The position numbers and the translations under genes were made by a program. Shown piece after piece: positions 1-13,190 of a DNA stretch of 64,000 nt; position 1 is the stretch's first letter, and every line of letters starts with the position of its first letter. The DNA is from Hypanus sabinus. Taxonomy: Eukaryota. The stretch is taken from NCBI RefSeq assembly GCF_030144855.1, contig NC_082714.1, forward strand, positions 94,736,001-94,800,000, in the 5' to 3' direction. The notes below the pieces were generated by a model that was given only the letters and a program-made list of their open reading frames with translations, did no database searches and had not been told where the DNA came from.

Positions 1-104
1 AACACCTTCCCACTTGTAATGTGCACTTGTCACTTCTTTTGCCTCACACCATTTAAGATGTGACACAAAGCTAGTATCAGACACAGCGAACACATGTGCA
101 AAAT

Positions 105-1450
105 CGTTATTTAGCTAATCTGCCATCTCTTTCTTCTCGATGATTCATTCTCCCGCCTTGTTTTCTAGCGGTCCGATATCCACTCTTATCTTTTTTGTTT
201 AAATATTTGAAAAAAAACTTTTACTATCCTCCTCGATATTGTTTTCTAGCTTGCTTTTATTTTTAGTCTTCTCCCTCCTATCGATTTGGCTGCTCTATTT
301 ATACTTTAGTAGCTTCCCATCCTCTACCATCCCGGAACTACTCGCTTTGTTTTATGCCCTCTCTTTTGCTTTTACATTAGTTTTGACCTCCCTTGACAGG
401 CACGGTTGTACCATTGTGCCATTTGAATACTTTCTTGTCTTTGGAAGGCATCTATCCTGTACCGTTCTCACTTATCCAGTAAGTCACTCCATTGCTGCTC
501 TGCTGTCATCCCTGTCAGCATCTCCTTCTAACTTACTCTGGCCAACTCTCAGACTACTGTAATTTAATTTACTCCACCGAAATAGAGTTGCATAGGGTTT
601 AGTTCCTCCCAGTCAAATTTGAAGCTGAACTCAGCCATGTTTTGATCACTGTCTTCTAACGGTTCTTTTAGCTTGAGCTCCGTAGTCGCCTGCGCTCTAT
701 TACATAACACCCAATCCAGTGTAGCAGTTCAACGACAAACTGCTCTAAAGAGCCATCTAGTAGGCATTGAACAAACCTATTCCCTTTAGATCCATTACCA
801 ACCTGATTTTCCCAGTCGATCTGCATGTTGAAAACCCCATGGCTATCATAACATTGCCCATTTGACGTGCCTTTCTTCCTTCCAGTTGTAATCCGTGCTC
901 CACATCCCAGTTACTGTTGGGAGGCCAATGCAGCTGCCATCAGGGTCAATTCACCCTCACCCAATTTCTCAATTCAATCTGCAAGGGCTCAAGAACTCCC
1001 GATCCTATGTGTCATTGTCCTACTGATTTGAATGTATTATTTATTAGCAGAGCCACGCCACTCCCTTTGCCTATCTCTGTATCAACGTGTAACCTTGGAT
1101 ATTCAGATCCTAACTACAACTATTCTTCACCCATGTTTCAGTGATGATCACGACCTTTTCTGACAATTTGTAATAGTGTCACAAGATCATAAATTCAAAT
1201 TCTTATCCTTCGTGCATTGATATATAACAGTTTGACTACTGCATTTGCTACCCTTTTTGATTCTGCATTCCTAATGCAATGATACTTAGCCAGTTGGCCA
1301 CTATTTTTTCTATCTGCTGTCTGCCCTTCGTGATAGTCAGACTGCACGCTATCGTTGCATTTTGACTCTCCATGTTATGCCCCTTCCATTTACAGCAGTT
1401 CACACCTGTTGTCGAATTAATTTAATCCTTACTAAACAGCACTACCAAAC
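105..1450 (-). mobile_element. Degraded CR1-clade LINE fragment (endonuclease-region ORF2)
   Basis: Reverse complement resembles the endonuclease regions of the plus-strand CR1 copies at 26.5-27.4 kb and 39.3-40.3 kb; many stops; boundaries approximate. Confidence 0.7.
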
Positions 1451-1539
1451 CTGCCTGCAAGAATATTGGTCCCCTTCGGGGTACCCCAAATAAAAAAAAT
1501 ACATTACATTTCACCCGCTATATATTGTCCTTCAAACAA

Positions 1540-1850
1540 AGTTTATACTAAAGCCAATTTTATCAAGCACTTTGTGGCCCTGTTGTTCAACATGTCTGTG
1601 AGGTTTACGAGTCCTTGCTTTTATCAAGGCCAATACAGTACATTTGTTTGTTCTGTCTGTCATTAATGCAGAAGTGAGGATCAAATGTTAAAAATGAAGT
1701 TTGTTGAGAGAACATTTGGAGTATTATTTGTCGCCATTCTTCAAGAAAAAAATGTCAATAAGCTTCAAGGACTACAGACAAAATTTACAAGGACGTTTCC
1801 AGACTTGAGGATCTGAGTCATTGTAAAGGATTATATTCTCTCGAGCGTAG
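1540..1850 (+). mobile_element. CR1 RT 3' fragment
   Basis: GAACATTTGGAGTATTATTTGTCGCCATTC...AAATTTACAAGGACGTTTCCAGACTTGAG is a decayed version of the HLEYCVQFWSP...KFTRMLPGL segment of the other CR1 copies here. Confidence 0.65.
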
Positions 1851-2049
1851 GTGAATAAAGTGGTATTTGATATGGTACTGAAAGGTATGAGCAGTTATAC
1901 ATATGGTAAATGCAAGCGGACTTTTTCCACTGAGTTTGGGTGGGACTTGAACCAGAGGTCCTGGATTATGAGTCATAATGTTGCACAAGGAGACAATGAG
2001 TCCAAGGTCTTCAAGCAGGTGTGTTTTACTTATATTATAAATTTTGCTT

Positions 2050-3380
2050 ACTGAATTCATGCAATCTTTATGCCGGCCATCGTTTTCTCAGTATTACAAA
2101 ATCATTAATGTTTGCATAATTTAAGCCTTCCATCTTCTAAATTGATGCAAATAAACTATGCAGTTGTCACTGCGTATAGAAATAATATTGTATTAATCCG
2201 TGGGAACTCGATAACAACATCGTTCCACAAATATATATCTGTATTAGTTCGTTGTATTACAAGAGTCTCCTTCGCCACCTTCTTCTCTGTTCTTTGAGGC
2301 AAAGTTCGTCCTACAATAGTGAAATCTAAAGCCACATTCACAATTACAAAATTATGACTTTCTAAAGGACACTCTTTCAATCCCTTGGCAAAACTCGTGG
2401 GTGTTGTTGCTACGTTCATCCCACCAATGCATAATCCAGAATGAATTCATTATCCACAGGCAAAGTAGACACGAACAATTCTCATAAATACTGAAACCAC
2501 AATCCAGACGTTCCTGTCTCGTCACGTCCTCTGGACAAGCCCAGGGGTTTCCCCCTTGATGACGTCTGGATAAATCTCACCCTTTCCCGGTACCAGTCAT
2601 AGCAGTAGCATAAGGATATCTAAGTATTCTCATAATATCAACCCACTTTGGGAACCCTTTCCAAAGAGTAACTTAAATAATTTCCATGTTGGGAATGTGA
2701 AATATTACACCAATATATGAATTTCCTTTACTATCATCACATGTACCTAGGGTAACGCAAAACATCTTGCATGATTCAAGGGCAGTTCTTTCTCATCCAT
2801 TCTACTAATTGCTCATCTGATACCCAATTAGGTGATGTGCATCACATTGCAATAAATCAATCATAGCGAGCAATTGGTATATGTAGCACAGATTTCAGGT
2901 TTATATGTTCCCTTATGTAAGAGGTCTCTGCGGTCAATTTTCAAATTTGCTGAATCTTGAAGGGGCTTCAGAAATTTAATTAATTCCAGCAATACCTGTG
3001 ATGCACACCCACCAATTTGATTAGTCTGTATCTAATACCGATGATTTTTCTTCAGTAATATCTCGCATTTTCTGCGAAAGAAATTATATCTGGATTTCTA
3101 AGTCTGCTATATCTGAGGTATTGGCATTGACTGCCCCGATACGTAACCTGCTCCCGCAAATTCCAATAGTCCTCTTTAGCTTTTATTTGTGACTGTCTTA
3201 AACACACTTCTGCTTTGTTGTCTCCCAAGTATGTTATCTATCTGTAGATAAGCGTTCAGGTCTTATTATTTCAGTTAAATTAAAAATTATTTGCGAATGC
3301 TAATACCCTGGTACAGAAGTGACAGATTCGTCTGTATCTACTAATACAAATCCTTCCTCGTTTGCGATACTCTTTGCTAC
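2050..3380 (-). pseudogene. env-like ORF remnant (class I fusion-protein-like)
   Basis: Directly downstream of integrase. Manual translation across frameshifts gives NKS*RGLLEFAGAG..IGAVNANTSDIADLEIQI*FLSQKMRDITEE (basic site, Gly/Ala-rich peptide, heptad-like helix), then PNWVSDEQLVEW and Cys-containing segments (ORF 2156-2419). No CX6CC motif seen. Confidence 0.6.
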
Positions 3381-3429
3381 AGACATACTTATTTCGGACT
3401 GACTTCTGTGTCTAAGTAGACTTTAAATT

Positions 3430-4010
3430 TGTTTTTTCTTTAGTATTGATAGGCTGCAGTATGATTGGTCTCAGTGATGCCACTGCATTCGTTATTATCA
3501 TCAAAATATATGGCAAATCTACATGGCACGTTGTTCTTTGTTGTTTCACCATTTAACCATCATAATATTTAATGTGACTTTCATCCTTCCCATGATTCTA
3601 CTAGACTATGGTCTACAGGGTAAATGAAATATTGGCTTGATCCCTCAGTGTGCATCATCTGGATTGTAAAATGTGTTCCGATTCTATACTCCATGGAAAT
3701 TCACAGCGAGTACAAACCCTTAGGATATTTGCAGTGTATTTGGCCGTATTAGACTTGGTCGGGAAAGCTTCCACGCATTTGGTGGAAGTGTCTACCGCTA
3801 CACTGATATATTTGTACCCTCCTGAGGTTGTTTGAAAGGGCCCAACATAATCCAGTTGTAAATTAGTCCGAGGCCCTCCCACTGGTTAAGTATTTCGGAG
3901 GGCTCCTTTCTTTATATTTCCATCCAGATTGTATTCTGCACAACTCTTGTCTTCGCAATTGTTTACTTAGCGTTCACGTCGCCCGTCATCCAAAACTACC
4001 AACACACCTC
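3430..4010 (-). pseudogene. Retroviral integrase, C-terminal half of the Zn finger plus catalytic core (decayed)
   Basis: NCEDKSCAEYN..GPRTNLQLDYVGP..YKYISVAVDTSTKCVEAFPT..WSIES, then GIKPIFHLPCRP*SSRIMGRMKVTL; ORF 3655-3882. Confidence 0.9.
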
Positions 4011-4499
4011 TTTGTTTTTTTTCTTTCTTTCTTTTCTTTTCTTTCTTTCTAATTCTTTTTATTATTAGTAGTAATATGGACAGAATACAAATGAAATATT
4101 AATAAAGAAATTACAAACATACAAATTCCATTACAGATGAAAAAAAAACATAAACAACAGTTACAATACAAATGAGTTTACCAAGACATAAACCATACAA
4201 TATATGTATGAACATGATAAGTCTAAATATTTCATAATATAAGATATAAAAAAACAGAAAAAAGAAAGAAAAAAAATAGAATGCAAAATTAGCTAATCTA
4301 CTAATCTAATAACTAATAACTAATAAAGAAGAAAAAAGAAGCAAAAAAAGAAAAAAAAGAGAAAAAAAAGGGGGGCTGTTTATAATATCTCACAAGAATA
4401 AATATTCATTAATGCCGTCACTTCCGGTCCTCTCAACATACATAAGCTAAAACCTGGGAAATCAAATGAACTTGGAACGGGGTCATATTACATCATATG

Positions 4500-7400
4500 A
4501 AAATGTTGAATAAATGGTCTCCATAACTTTTCAAATTTAATAGAAGTCTCAAAAACACCACTTCTAATTTTTTCTAAATTTAAACATTACATAGTTTGAG
4601 AGAACCAATTAAATACAGTGGGAGGATTAATTTCCTTCCAATTCAACAATATACATCTTCTAGCCATTAGAGTTAGAAATGCAATCATTCGACGGGCAGA
4701 AGGAGATAAATGCAGTGAGTCTAACATTGGTAAACCAAAAATTGCGGTAATAGGATGAGGTTGTAAATCGATATTCAAAACCGCAGAAATAATATCAAAA
4801 ATATCTTTCCAATATTTTTCCAAAAATGTACAAGACCAAAACATATGAGTTAAAGACGCAATTTCAGATTGGCATCTATCACAGATAGGACTAATATAAG
4901 AGTAAAAATGAGCTAATTTATCATTGGACATATGGGCCCTATGTACGACCTTAAATTGTATTAATGAATGTTTGGCACATATCGATGATGTATTAACTAA
5001 TTGAAGAATTCTATCCCAATTCTCACTAGAAATAATAAGGTTATGCTCTATTTTCCAAACCTTTTTGGTCTTATAAAGGGGCTCTGAACGTATATTCATA
5101 ATTATATTATAAAGTTTTGAAATAAGCCCTTTTTGAAAAGGGTCTAATTCAAATCAACACTCCAAAATATCTGAAGGCACAAAATTTGGAAACGTAGGGA
5201 GTACAGAACTTAAAAAAATGTCTAATCTGTAAATATCTAAAAAAATGAAATCTAGGCAAGTTATATTTGTTGGATAATTGCTCAAAAGACTTAAAACAAT
5301 TGTCCAAAAATAAATCAGAAAATCTTAGTAATCCCTTAGTTTTCCAAGCCGAATAAGCTTGATCTATAATGGAAGGGTGGAAAAAACAATTAGATACAAT
5401 AGGACTATTTAAAACGAATTGAGTCAACCCAAAAAATCTCCGAAATTGAAACCATATACGTAAAGTATGTTTAACTATCGGGTTGTCAATTCGTTTCGGC
5501 AATTTAGAAAGAGCAAAAGGGAGATAAGTCCCTAAAATAGAACCCAGAGCATAAGCTGATACAGATTTAATTTCTAAACTCACCCTGCGAGGGCCGAAAG
5601 GTCCACCCCAATCTTTCAACCAGCATAACAAGTATCTAATATTAACTGCCCAATAATAAAATCTGAAATTAGGTAATGCTAACCAGCCTTCCTTTTTTGT
5701 CTTCTATAAATATATTTTACCTAACCTGGGATTTTTATTCTGCCATATATATGAGGAAATTTTTGAATCAACATTAGTAAAAAAAGATTTTGGAATAAAA
5801 ATTGGTATCGTTTGAAAAATATATAAAAACTTAGGTAAAATAACCATCTTAATAGCATTAATCCTACCTATTAGGGAAAAAGATAATGGTGACCACTTAG
5901 TAAACAAACCTTTAATCTGATCAATTAAGGGTAAAAAAATAAATCTAAATAAATCTTTATGGTTTTTTGTGATTTTGATCCCTAAATAAATAAAAGAATC
6001 ATTAACTAATTTAAAAGGTAAATTTCCATAAATTGGGACCTGTCTATTCAAAGGAAACAATTCACTTTTATTAAGATTTAACTTATACCCAGAAAACTCA
6101 CTAAATTGAGCCAATAATGATAAAAGTGCTGGGATAGATTTCTCCGGGTTAGAAATGAATAGTAATAAATCATCTGCATACAAAGATAACTTATGAATGT
6201 CTGTCCCACGATTAATACCCAAAATATCCTGTGATTGTCTGATGGCAATTGCCAAAGGTTCTAAGGCAATGTTAAATAGTAATGGACTAAGAGGACATCC
6301 TTGTCTAGTGCCCCGAAATAGACGAAAAAAGGGAGATCTTTGATTATTGGTAAACACTAAGGCTACTGGAGCATGATAAATCAATGTAATCCACGATATG
6401 AATATCGGACTAAAATTAAACTTCTCCAACACATTAAATAAGTAAGGCCATTCAACTCTATCAAATGCTTTCTCCGCATCTAATGAAATCACGCATTCTG
6501 AAGTGTCATATGAGGGAGTATAAACAATATTCAATAATCTCCTAATGTTAAAAAAAGAATAGCGATTTTTAATAAAACCGGTTTGATCTTTTGAAATAAT
6601 TTTGGGTAATACCTTCTCCAGTCTAGATGCCAGTAACCTGGAAAAAATCTTGGAGTCTACATTCAATAAAGATATTGGTCTACAGGATGCACAGTTAGTA
6701 GGGTCTTTATCTTTCTTCAATATTAGAGAAATGGAAGCTCTATAAAAAGATTTTGGCAAATTCCCCAATCTAATGGCTTCCTCAAAAACCTTACATAACC
6801 AAGGGGAAAGAGTAGCGGAAAAAAATTTTAAAAATTCAACTGTATAACCATCTGGACCCGGTGCTTTCCCAGAATTCATTGAGGAAATAGCCCCTTTAAT
6901 TTCTACATCCGTAATAGGAGTATCCAATATTGAAAGATCATCAGATGATAATCTTGGAAAATTTAATTTCCCAAGAAAATCACACATGGTATTACGATCC
7001 TGAGGAAATTCAGATTGATACAGGGAGGTATAGAAGTCTTGAAATGCCTTATTTATCTCATCATGATTAACTGTCAAATTCCCATTCTGCTGACAAATCT
7101 TAGTGATTTGACGTTTAAACAAAGCATTCTTCAATTGACTAGCTAACAGTTTACCAGATTTATCACTATGTATATAAAAATCAGATCTAGTTTTCATTAA
7201 TTGATTTTCAATCGAGGATGTAAGTAATAAATTATGTTCCATTTGAAGTTCAACCCTTTGTTTGTAAAGCTCCTTACTAGGAGCAATCGAATATTTCTTA
7301 TCAATCTCTTTAATTTTATCAACCAATAAAAGAGTTTCCGTCTTAGTACGTTTTCTCAAACCAACAGAATAGAAATAATCTGTCCACGTATATATGCTTT

Positions 7401-8270
7401 AAAAGTGTCCCAAAGTGTTCCGCAGGAGATATCATCTGTAGAATTAGTTGAAAAGAAGAAGTCGATCTGCTCCTTCATAAATTTTATAAAGTTCCGAGTC
7501 TTGCAATAAGGTAGAGTCAAATCGCCATTGTCTGGCATTAGAAGCTGTATCCGTAAATTTCATAGAAAGTAATAATGGAGCATGATCTCAGATAGCTATA
7601 ATATCATAGTTACAACCGATTACCAATGGAATAAAACAAGAGTCTACATAAAATAATCAATTCTCGAATAAGAGTGATAAACATGTGAGAAAAAAGAAAA
7701 CTCTTTGTCATTATGATGCCGAAATCTCCAAACATCAAAATCTCAATTATCAGTCAAAAAAGAGTTAATACAAGTGGCCGACCTATTAGGTAAAGTCTGA
7801 ATAGATAAAGATTTATCCATCAAAGGATTTAAGCAACAATTAAAATCACCACCCATTATTAACTTATATTCATTTAGATTGGGTAAAGAAGTAAATAAGG
7901 ACTTAAGAAAGTCAGGACAATCCACATTTGGAGCATAAACATTAACCAAAGCAAACTTTTTATTACAAAGTAAACCCATAATTAACAAAAATCTACCATT
8001 CGGATCCGAAAAAATATCATGTTGAACAAATGGAATAGAGGAGTCAATAAAAATTGAAACTCCTTTTACTTTAGCGTTCGAATTTGCGTGATACTGTTGA
8101 CCCCACCAAAATCTAAAATAACGAAATTTGTCCTCCTTCCTCACATGAGTTTCTTGTACAAAAATGATATGAGCATTAAGTCTTTGGAATACTTTGAAAA
8201 TCTTCTTTCGTTTAATTGGATGATTTAAACCATTAGTATTCCAAGACACAAAATTAATGGTCTGAGCCAT
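4500..8270 (-). CDS. L1 ORF2p (APE endonuclease, RT, Cys-rich C-terminus), broken by a few frameshifts/stops
   Basis: SWNTNGLN, QETH, GGDFN (endonuclease); KAPGPDG, SLDAEKAFD, GTRQGCPLSP, YADD (RT); CDRC..HMFWSC. Confidence 0.95.
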
Positions 8271-9244
8271 AATTCTAAAATCAACCCTCTGGTATAGAAG
8301 GGGTTAACTAACTTGTAAACTCATGCACCCGGAAGAGGAACCAAAGTAAAGAGAGGACCCGGAAGTGACGACAACACAGATATATTTGAAGTTCAAAAAC
8401 AGCCCAAATGAAAAAACTAACACAAACTGATGCAAAAAAAAATAGAATTAGGAAACAGACCATCTCCCCACCCCCCAAGTAAAAGAGAAAAAGCCAAAAT
8501 ATGACTTAAAAAAGGAAAGAATGAGACTAATTCTACTCCTATGTCAGCGAAAGAACAGTCCATATATAAAGGATATATATAAAAAAATCACCCCAACTTT
8601 AAAAATTAAAATCGCTTTAATAAAAACCATATTTCTAAGCATAGTTAGTTGTAAAAAAATAAGAATATAGTCACTAAAAAAACTTATAAATCGGGCTCTA
8701 GCCCAGACAAAACAAAAAATATTTAAGCTATGATAAGCGATGCATTGTAGGAAGAAGACGAAAGAAAGAAAAAAATAACGCCATCTTAAGCAAAACCAAA
8801 AATCTTTTTCAAAAAACCACCATCTTAATCAAAAAAAATTCACCTTCAAAGAGTTAAAAATATACCTTCGAAGGAACAAAGTTAATAGACAAGAAAGTAG
8901 TATAATGGTTAAAGTGTATAAGGCAAAACAATTGATATAACGAAAACACACTTTAACTTAAGTATAAAGTATAGGATAAACCTGCACCAATAACCAGAGG
9001 TTAATTCTGGTTTAAGAAATCGAGAACCATCTTACACGATCAGAATCGTTCATTTATTAGAGAGTGGTGTCTATAGCAGTAGGGAAGTTCTTCTCCAAAT
9101 AATTTCTCGCTTCTGAAGTTGAAAAAAAACCTGGCGTGCAGCATTCGACGGAGAGATTCGAAGCTTCGCAGGGTATAGGAGCGCAGGTTTCAGATTTTTC
9201 TCATAACATTCAGCCATTAACGGTTTAAAAAGAAGCCTTTTTTT

Positions 9245-9901
9245 TTAAAGGTCAGGACTAAACTCTTCAACCAGACGGAAGCAGTAATCTTGGAATTTAA
9301 CCATTCCTGCCCGACGAGCTGCACGTATAAGTTGTTCTTTGTCGTGTACATAATGGAACCGCACAATTACAACCGAAGATTTGTCTGTAGCACTCGGTGA
9401 TCGACGCCGAATTCTATGTGCCCGATCCAATAAAGGAGGGTTATTCGGGAAAATCGTCGGAAACGCTTCTTTTAAAAGTTGAGCAAAATATTTCGAAGGG
9501 TCATCTTTTTCTATGCCGTCTGGAAGACCAAGTATACGTAAGTTCTGTCTTCTGGACCGATTCTCAAAATCGTCACTCTTGGCTTTAAGGGCTTCCATCA
9601 GCTTTATGGTCGAAATTAAATCCTGTTGCAGTTTTTCAATAGTCAAATCTCGCTTCCGAGCATCTTCTTGCAGAGACGCGATAAGAGCTTGTTGCTGGTT
9701 AATTACTGAATCCGTCTTAACCATGTACTCTTGAAAAGCCTTTATATCTTCTTTAAAAAATTGTTGTAGTTGATCAAATTTTTTGTCCAAAACCTCCACA
9801 AACAACTCATAAGTTAATTCAGTTTGTTGTGGCGGAGCCTGCTTCTTTCCGTTACCGTTCGGATTGCGTCCGGGATCTCATCCCTTAGACCTGAAAGACA
9901 T
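9245..9901 (-). CDS. L1 ORF1p (coiled coil plus RRM; Transposase_22-like), disrupted
   Basis: ENRSRRQNLRILGLPDG..LDRAHR..VIVRFH is typical L1 ORF1. Likely ATG at 9901, one in-frame stop near the start, frameshift near 9245. Confidence 0.85.
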
Positions 9902-10195
9902 TTCTGTTTGCATATCTTCAAAAGTTCACAACAAACTCTTGGCAGTAAGTTCAAAAAAAAATTAACAAAGAAACTTTCGGTATAGGTAAAAATAAGCTGA
10001 ATAAGGGTGATCAAAGGTTAAAAAAAAAGTAAAGGTTATGGAGCGAATCCAACACAGTACTCACTCCATGAGCGTCTCCCGCTGACTTTTTGTTTTTTTT
10101 TTCAAGATACTATCGGTTCCCTGGTGTCCCCATAGCTCATGACACCATTGGGTCATCTGATTTCCTTCTCCTCTGAGACAACAAATTTCCCTTTA

Positions 10196-10355
10196 TAGAA
10201 ACACAGAAAACCTGGAGCACAATACAGACACTTCGGCCGTCAATGCTTGCCGAACATGTACTTAATTTAGAAATTACCTAGGGTTACCTATGCCCATCTA
10301 TTTTTCTATGCTCCATGTATCTGTCCTGGGGTATCTTAATACACCCTATCGTGTA
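10196..10355 (-). mobile_element. 5'-truncated CR1 3' end inserted in the ERV pol
   Basis: GCCGAACATGTACTTAATTTAGAAATTACCTAGGG matches CR1 3' ends at 24230, 45570 and 48790; TTTATA on both sides (about 10192 and 10356) is a probable TSD. Confidence 0.75.
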
Positions 10356-10449
10356 TTTATACAGGACTACTCCAAAATTAACTTGTGCATCCTTGTTCTC
10401 TTTGTACGTTGCTGTTCGAGCTCATTCTATTAATATTTTTTAATTCTTT

Positions 10450-10970
10450 GTTTTTCTTCTGCTCCTCAGTTGAATCCATAACTTGACTCTGTTGTTCCTT
10501 CTGTCTTAGCATCTACACTATCTGCGGCTGCCATTCCTGCCTGTTTGAAGTTGCTTGTTTCCGTAAATATTAGCCTTCCTTCTCCCCGCAGGGGGTAATT
10601 TTTTACGGGCTTTCACCTTTATGACTCTGTATTCTTTCCCTTTGCTTCTTCAAATATATACTCAAAATAACTGCAGATGGAAGAGGCTTTCCGTTTGCTG
10701 AAACAAACCCTCTTTCTTCCCACAGAGGCAAATATTCTGTATGACTATACTTTCATACATGCATGCATAAGTATTTTCAGTGTGTATGACGAACCTGGAT
10801 GGGAAACGTATACCACTGCTGTCAGTTATGCTGTCTGCGCACTCATGCTAACTCTAATGCTCTACAATATATTTTCTGGCCATGTTCATCCTCCACATAT
10901 ATGCCGGGTCCAGTTCCCCTCTCACCTATATGCAATGGCAAGGAGCCATCTACAGAGAGAAAGAAAAAAT
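10450..10970 (-). pseudogene. Retroviral RNase H domain (decayed)
   Basis: SVDGS..GERGTGPGIY..SAQTA*LTAVVYV..KVKARKK..G follows the retroviral RNase H pattern. Confidence 0.8.
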
Positions 10971-11009
10971 TAAATAATAGAGTTTTTCCTTCTCCTTTGA
11001 GTCTTCGTT

Positions 11010-11315
11010 AGAACCATAGAACTATAGCAAATTACAGCACAGAAACAGGCCCTTTGGCGCTTCTTGGCTGTGCCGATCCATTTTTCTGCCTAGTCTCACT
11101 GACCTTCACCTGGACCATATCCCTCCATACCTCGCTCATCCATGTACCTGTCCAAGTTTTTCTTAAATGTTAAAAGTGAGTCCGCATTTACCACTTCATC
11201 TGGCAGCTCATTTCACATTCCCACTACTCTCTGTGTGAAGAAAAACCCCCTAATGTTCCCTTTAAACTTTTCCCTTTCACCTTTAACCCGTGACCTCTGT
11301 TTTGTTCTCTCCTAG
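11010..11315 (-). mobile_element. CR1 3' end fragment inserted in the ERV pol
   Basis: Short-repeat tail (AGAACCATAGAACTATAG) plus ACAGCACAGAAACAGGCC..., same family as other CR1 3' ends in the window. Confidence 0.85.
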
Positions 11316-11899
11316 TTGTTAGACATTATTTTATCTGATCTGCTTTTACACAATTTTGATTTGAAACTAATGGTCACTGGGTATCATTTGCTGCGAATGC
11401 TTGACGATCACCTTCACCACCTTGGTACACCAGATTGTCAGCTAACAGAGTGGTGGTATTAACTCACTTTACACTAATGCTTACCCCTTGCACGGCAATG
11501 TTAATTTAGCAATTATGTTTTGTCTTACTGAAACATCATTAAGCCTTACAACGAGTGTACTAAGTGTGTGGAGATATGGTCTGCCAGTATTATATGTAGA
11601 TCAAGTCCCACTATGTATGCAGAATGTAGCAACCCCAGAAAACAGCTAACGAGTGTTCTTTTTCTCACATACGATTTACCCATTTTCTACTGTTGGTAGC
11701 CTGCGTGCAGTATGTGCGACTGGTCTTACCTCTCCATGTGTTTCTGCTGAGAGGGTCGCATCAGTTCCGGCCATCTCCAATGAAAATGGCTCATTTGCTT
11801 TTGGGTTCAGAGCAATCGCAATTGCTAACGCTTGCTTCAGGGCTGTACTGGACTGGGTATGCTGTGCTTTCCATTCTCACAACATATTCTTTTCAGTAA

Positions 11900-13190
11900 A
11901 TCCATTAAAGGATCTGCCTTGGTGGGAAGTACCTAAATCCCTAAAGTATGATCCCTAAAGTACCCTACTCAGCAGTAGGAACTTAGTTCTTTCACAGCTC
12001 GGGGTACAAACAGTTCCATAGCCACCTCTACTTTTCGCTTATCATTTTTTTCCCGGTTTCAAGACAACTAGCTACCTGTTTCCTCACTTGTGTTGTTAAG
12101 GGTTTACCTTTAGTCTGGGTGCATGTAATTATTGCAGCACTGCTGTTAATCGCTGATAATGTTCCAGCTTGATTTCTGCCTGCAGAAGTGGATACTCTAC
12201 GTTTTATACTAAGAATTTAGGCTTTGCAAACCATTTTAACTTTTCCCTTAAATACTTGCAAAATATAGATGGGGAATTATGGAACCACTGCCGGGCAGTG
12301 CCCGTATACTGCTATCCTTGAATTTAATATTACATTAACACTCTCTTTCGAGCGAAATAGGCCAGGAGCCATCAGTTCTATCTCAAACAGTGAACCATTC
12401 AGCTCTTTCGTACTGTTTAACCGCAGCTTCTGAGTTAGTTGTTACAGTTCAGGCTGTTAGCAGATTTACTTTATTCAGTTCTTGATAGTCTATCGTCAAT
12501 CTTCAACTACCATTTGGTTTCCTTACTAGCCATTTAGGTGAGTTGTTAATAGCGGTTACCGGCCTCAGTACCCTTTGTTGTGCCAAACTTTATATTACCT
12601 TACATACATTTTCATCTATTTCTTGGGAAACCCACATTGCTTCTGTGGTTTGGGCTCCAAACGTGGTATGTACACACTGCGAGCGAACGTCCTGCAGTCA
12701 TGCTTGTAAGGAGAAAATGCCCCAATGTTCTTATCAATGATTTGAAGAAACCGTGATCACTGTTCATCTCTGGTTTTATCCAGATTCCGTATAGTGTCCA
12801 GATATTCGCCTACTGCAATCTTTCTGTGATATATGTTATTCATATTATTTAGCATCTGCAAAACCATACCATTAACTGGATCAAAACAAATCCCTCCTTT
12901 GACCATTTAATCACATCCCAGTGTGTGCTCTTGTTCCCGTGGTAAATCAACTACCAGTATTGAATGCTCTAATGCTATATATCCTTGCTAACTTCAAAGG
13001 GTGAACTCACGTGTCCCACTTGCGAATGTCCTGTGAACCCACGTCGGCTGATATTACCTTGTATTTCCCAAACTGCTTTATTTACATTAGTGGTCTTGAC
13101 GGAGTTTCGGGATTCTCCAGTGTCCCAAAAACTGGTCCTAAGAGGTCTCGATCTAATGCTGTTCCATATACTTCTTGGAACACCAGCCAT
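11900..13190 (-). pseudogene. Retroviral protease plus reverse transcriptase (decayed)
   Basis: FWDTGESRNSV..GFTG..ILVVDLP..HTLGCD (protease); DGSWPISLERE..LPGSGFHNSPSIF..LV*NVEYPLLQ (RT, decayed LVQYVDDLLLQ-like)..LKVNP. Confidence 0.8.

Larger units (their letters stand above)
4011..10100 (-). mobile_element. Near full-length L1-clade LINE (ORF1, ORF2, A-rich 3' end) with target-site duplication
   Basis: ORF1-like 9245-9805, endonuclease 7743-8270, RT 5704-7359, C-terminal CCHC-type region 4587-5099, A-rich tail about 4020-4400; TTTGTTTTTTTT at 4011-4022 and 10089-10100. Confidence 0.95.

Noticed and set aside
1925-1990. tRNA-Met-like sequence (minus strand GACTCATAATCCAGGACCTCTGGTTCAAGTCCC)
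   Set aside because: Only anticodon- and T-arm-like parts, no acceptor stem or D arm; at most a decayed SINE head.
12990-13040. GFTGHSQVGHV as a Gag CCHC zinc knuckle
   Set aside because: It lies downstream of the DTG active site and before the LGxD motif, so it fits the protease flap; no Cys present.
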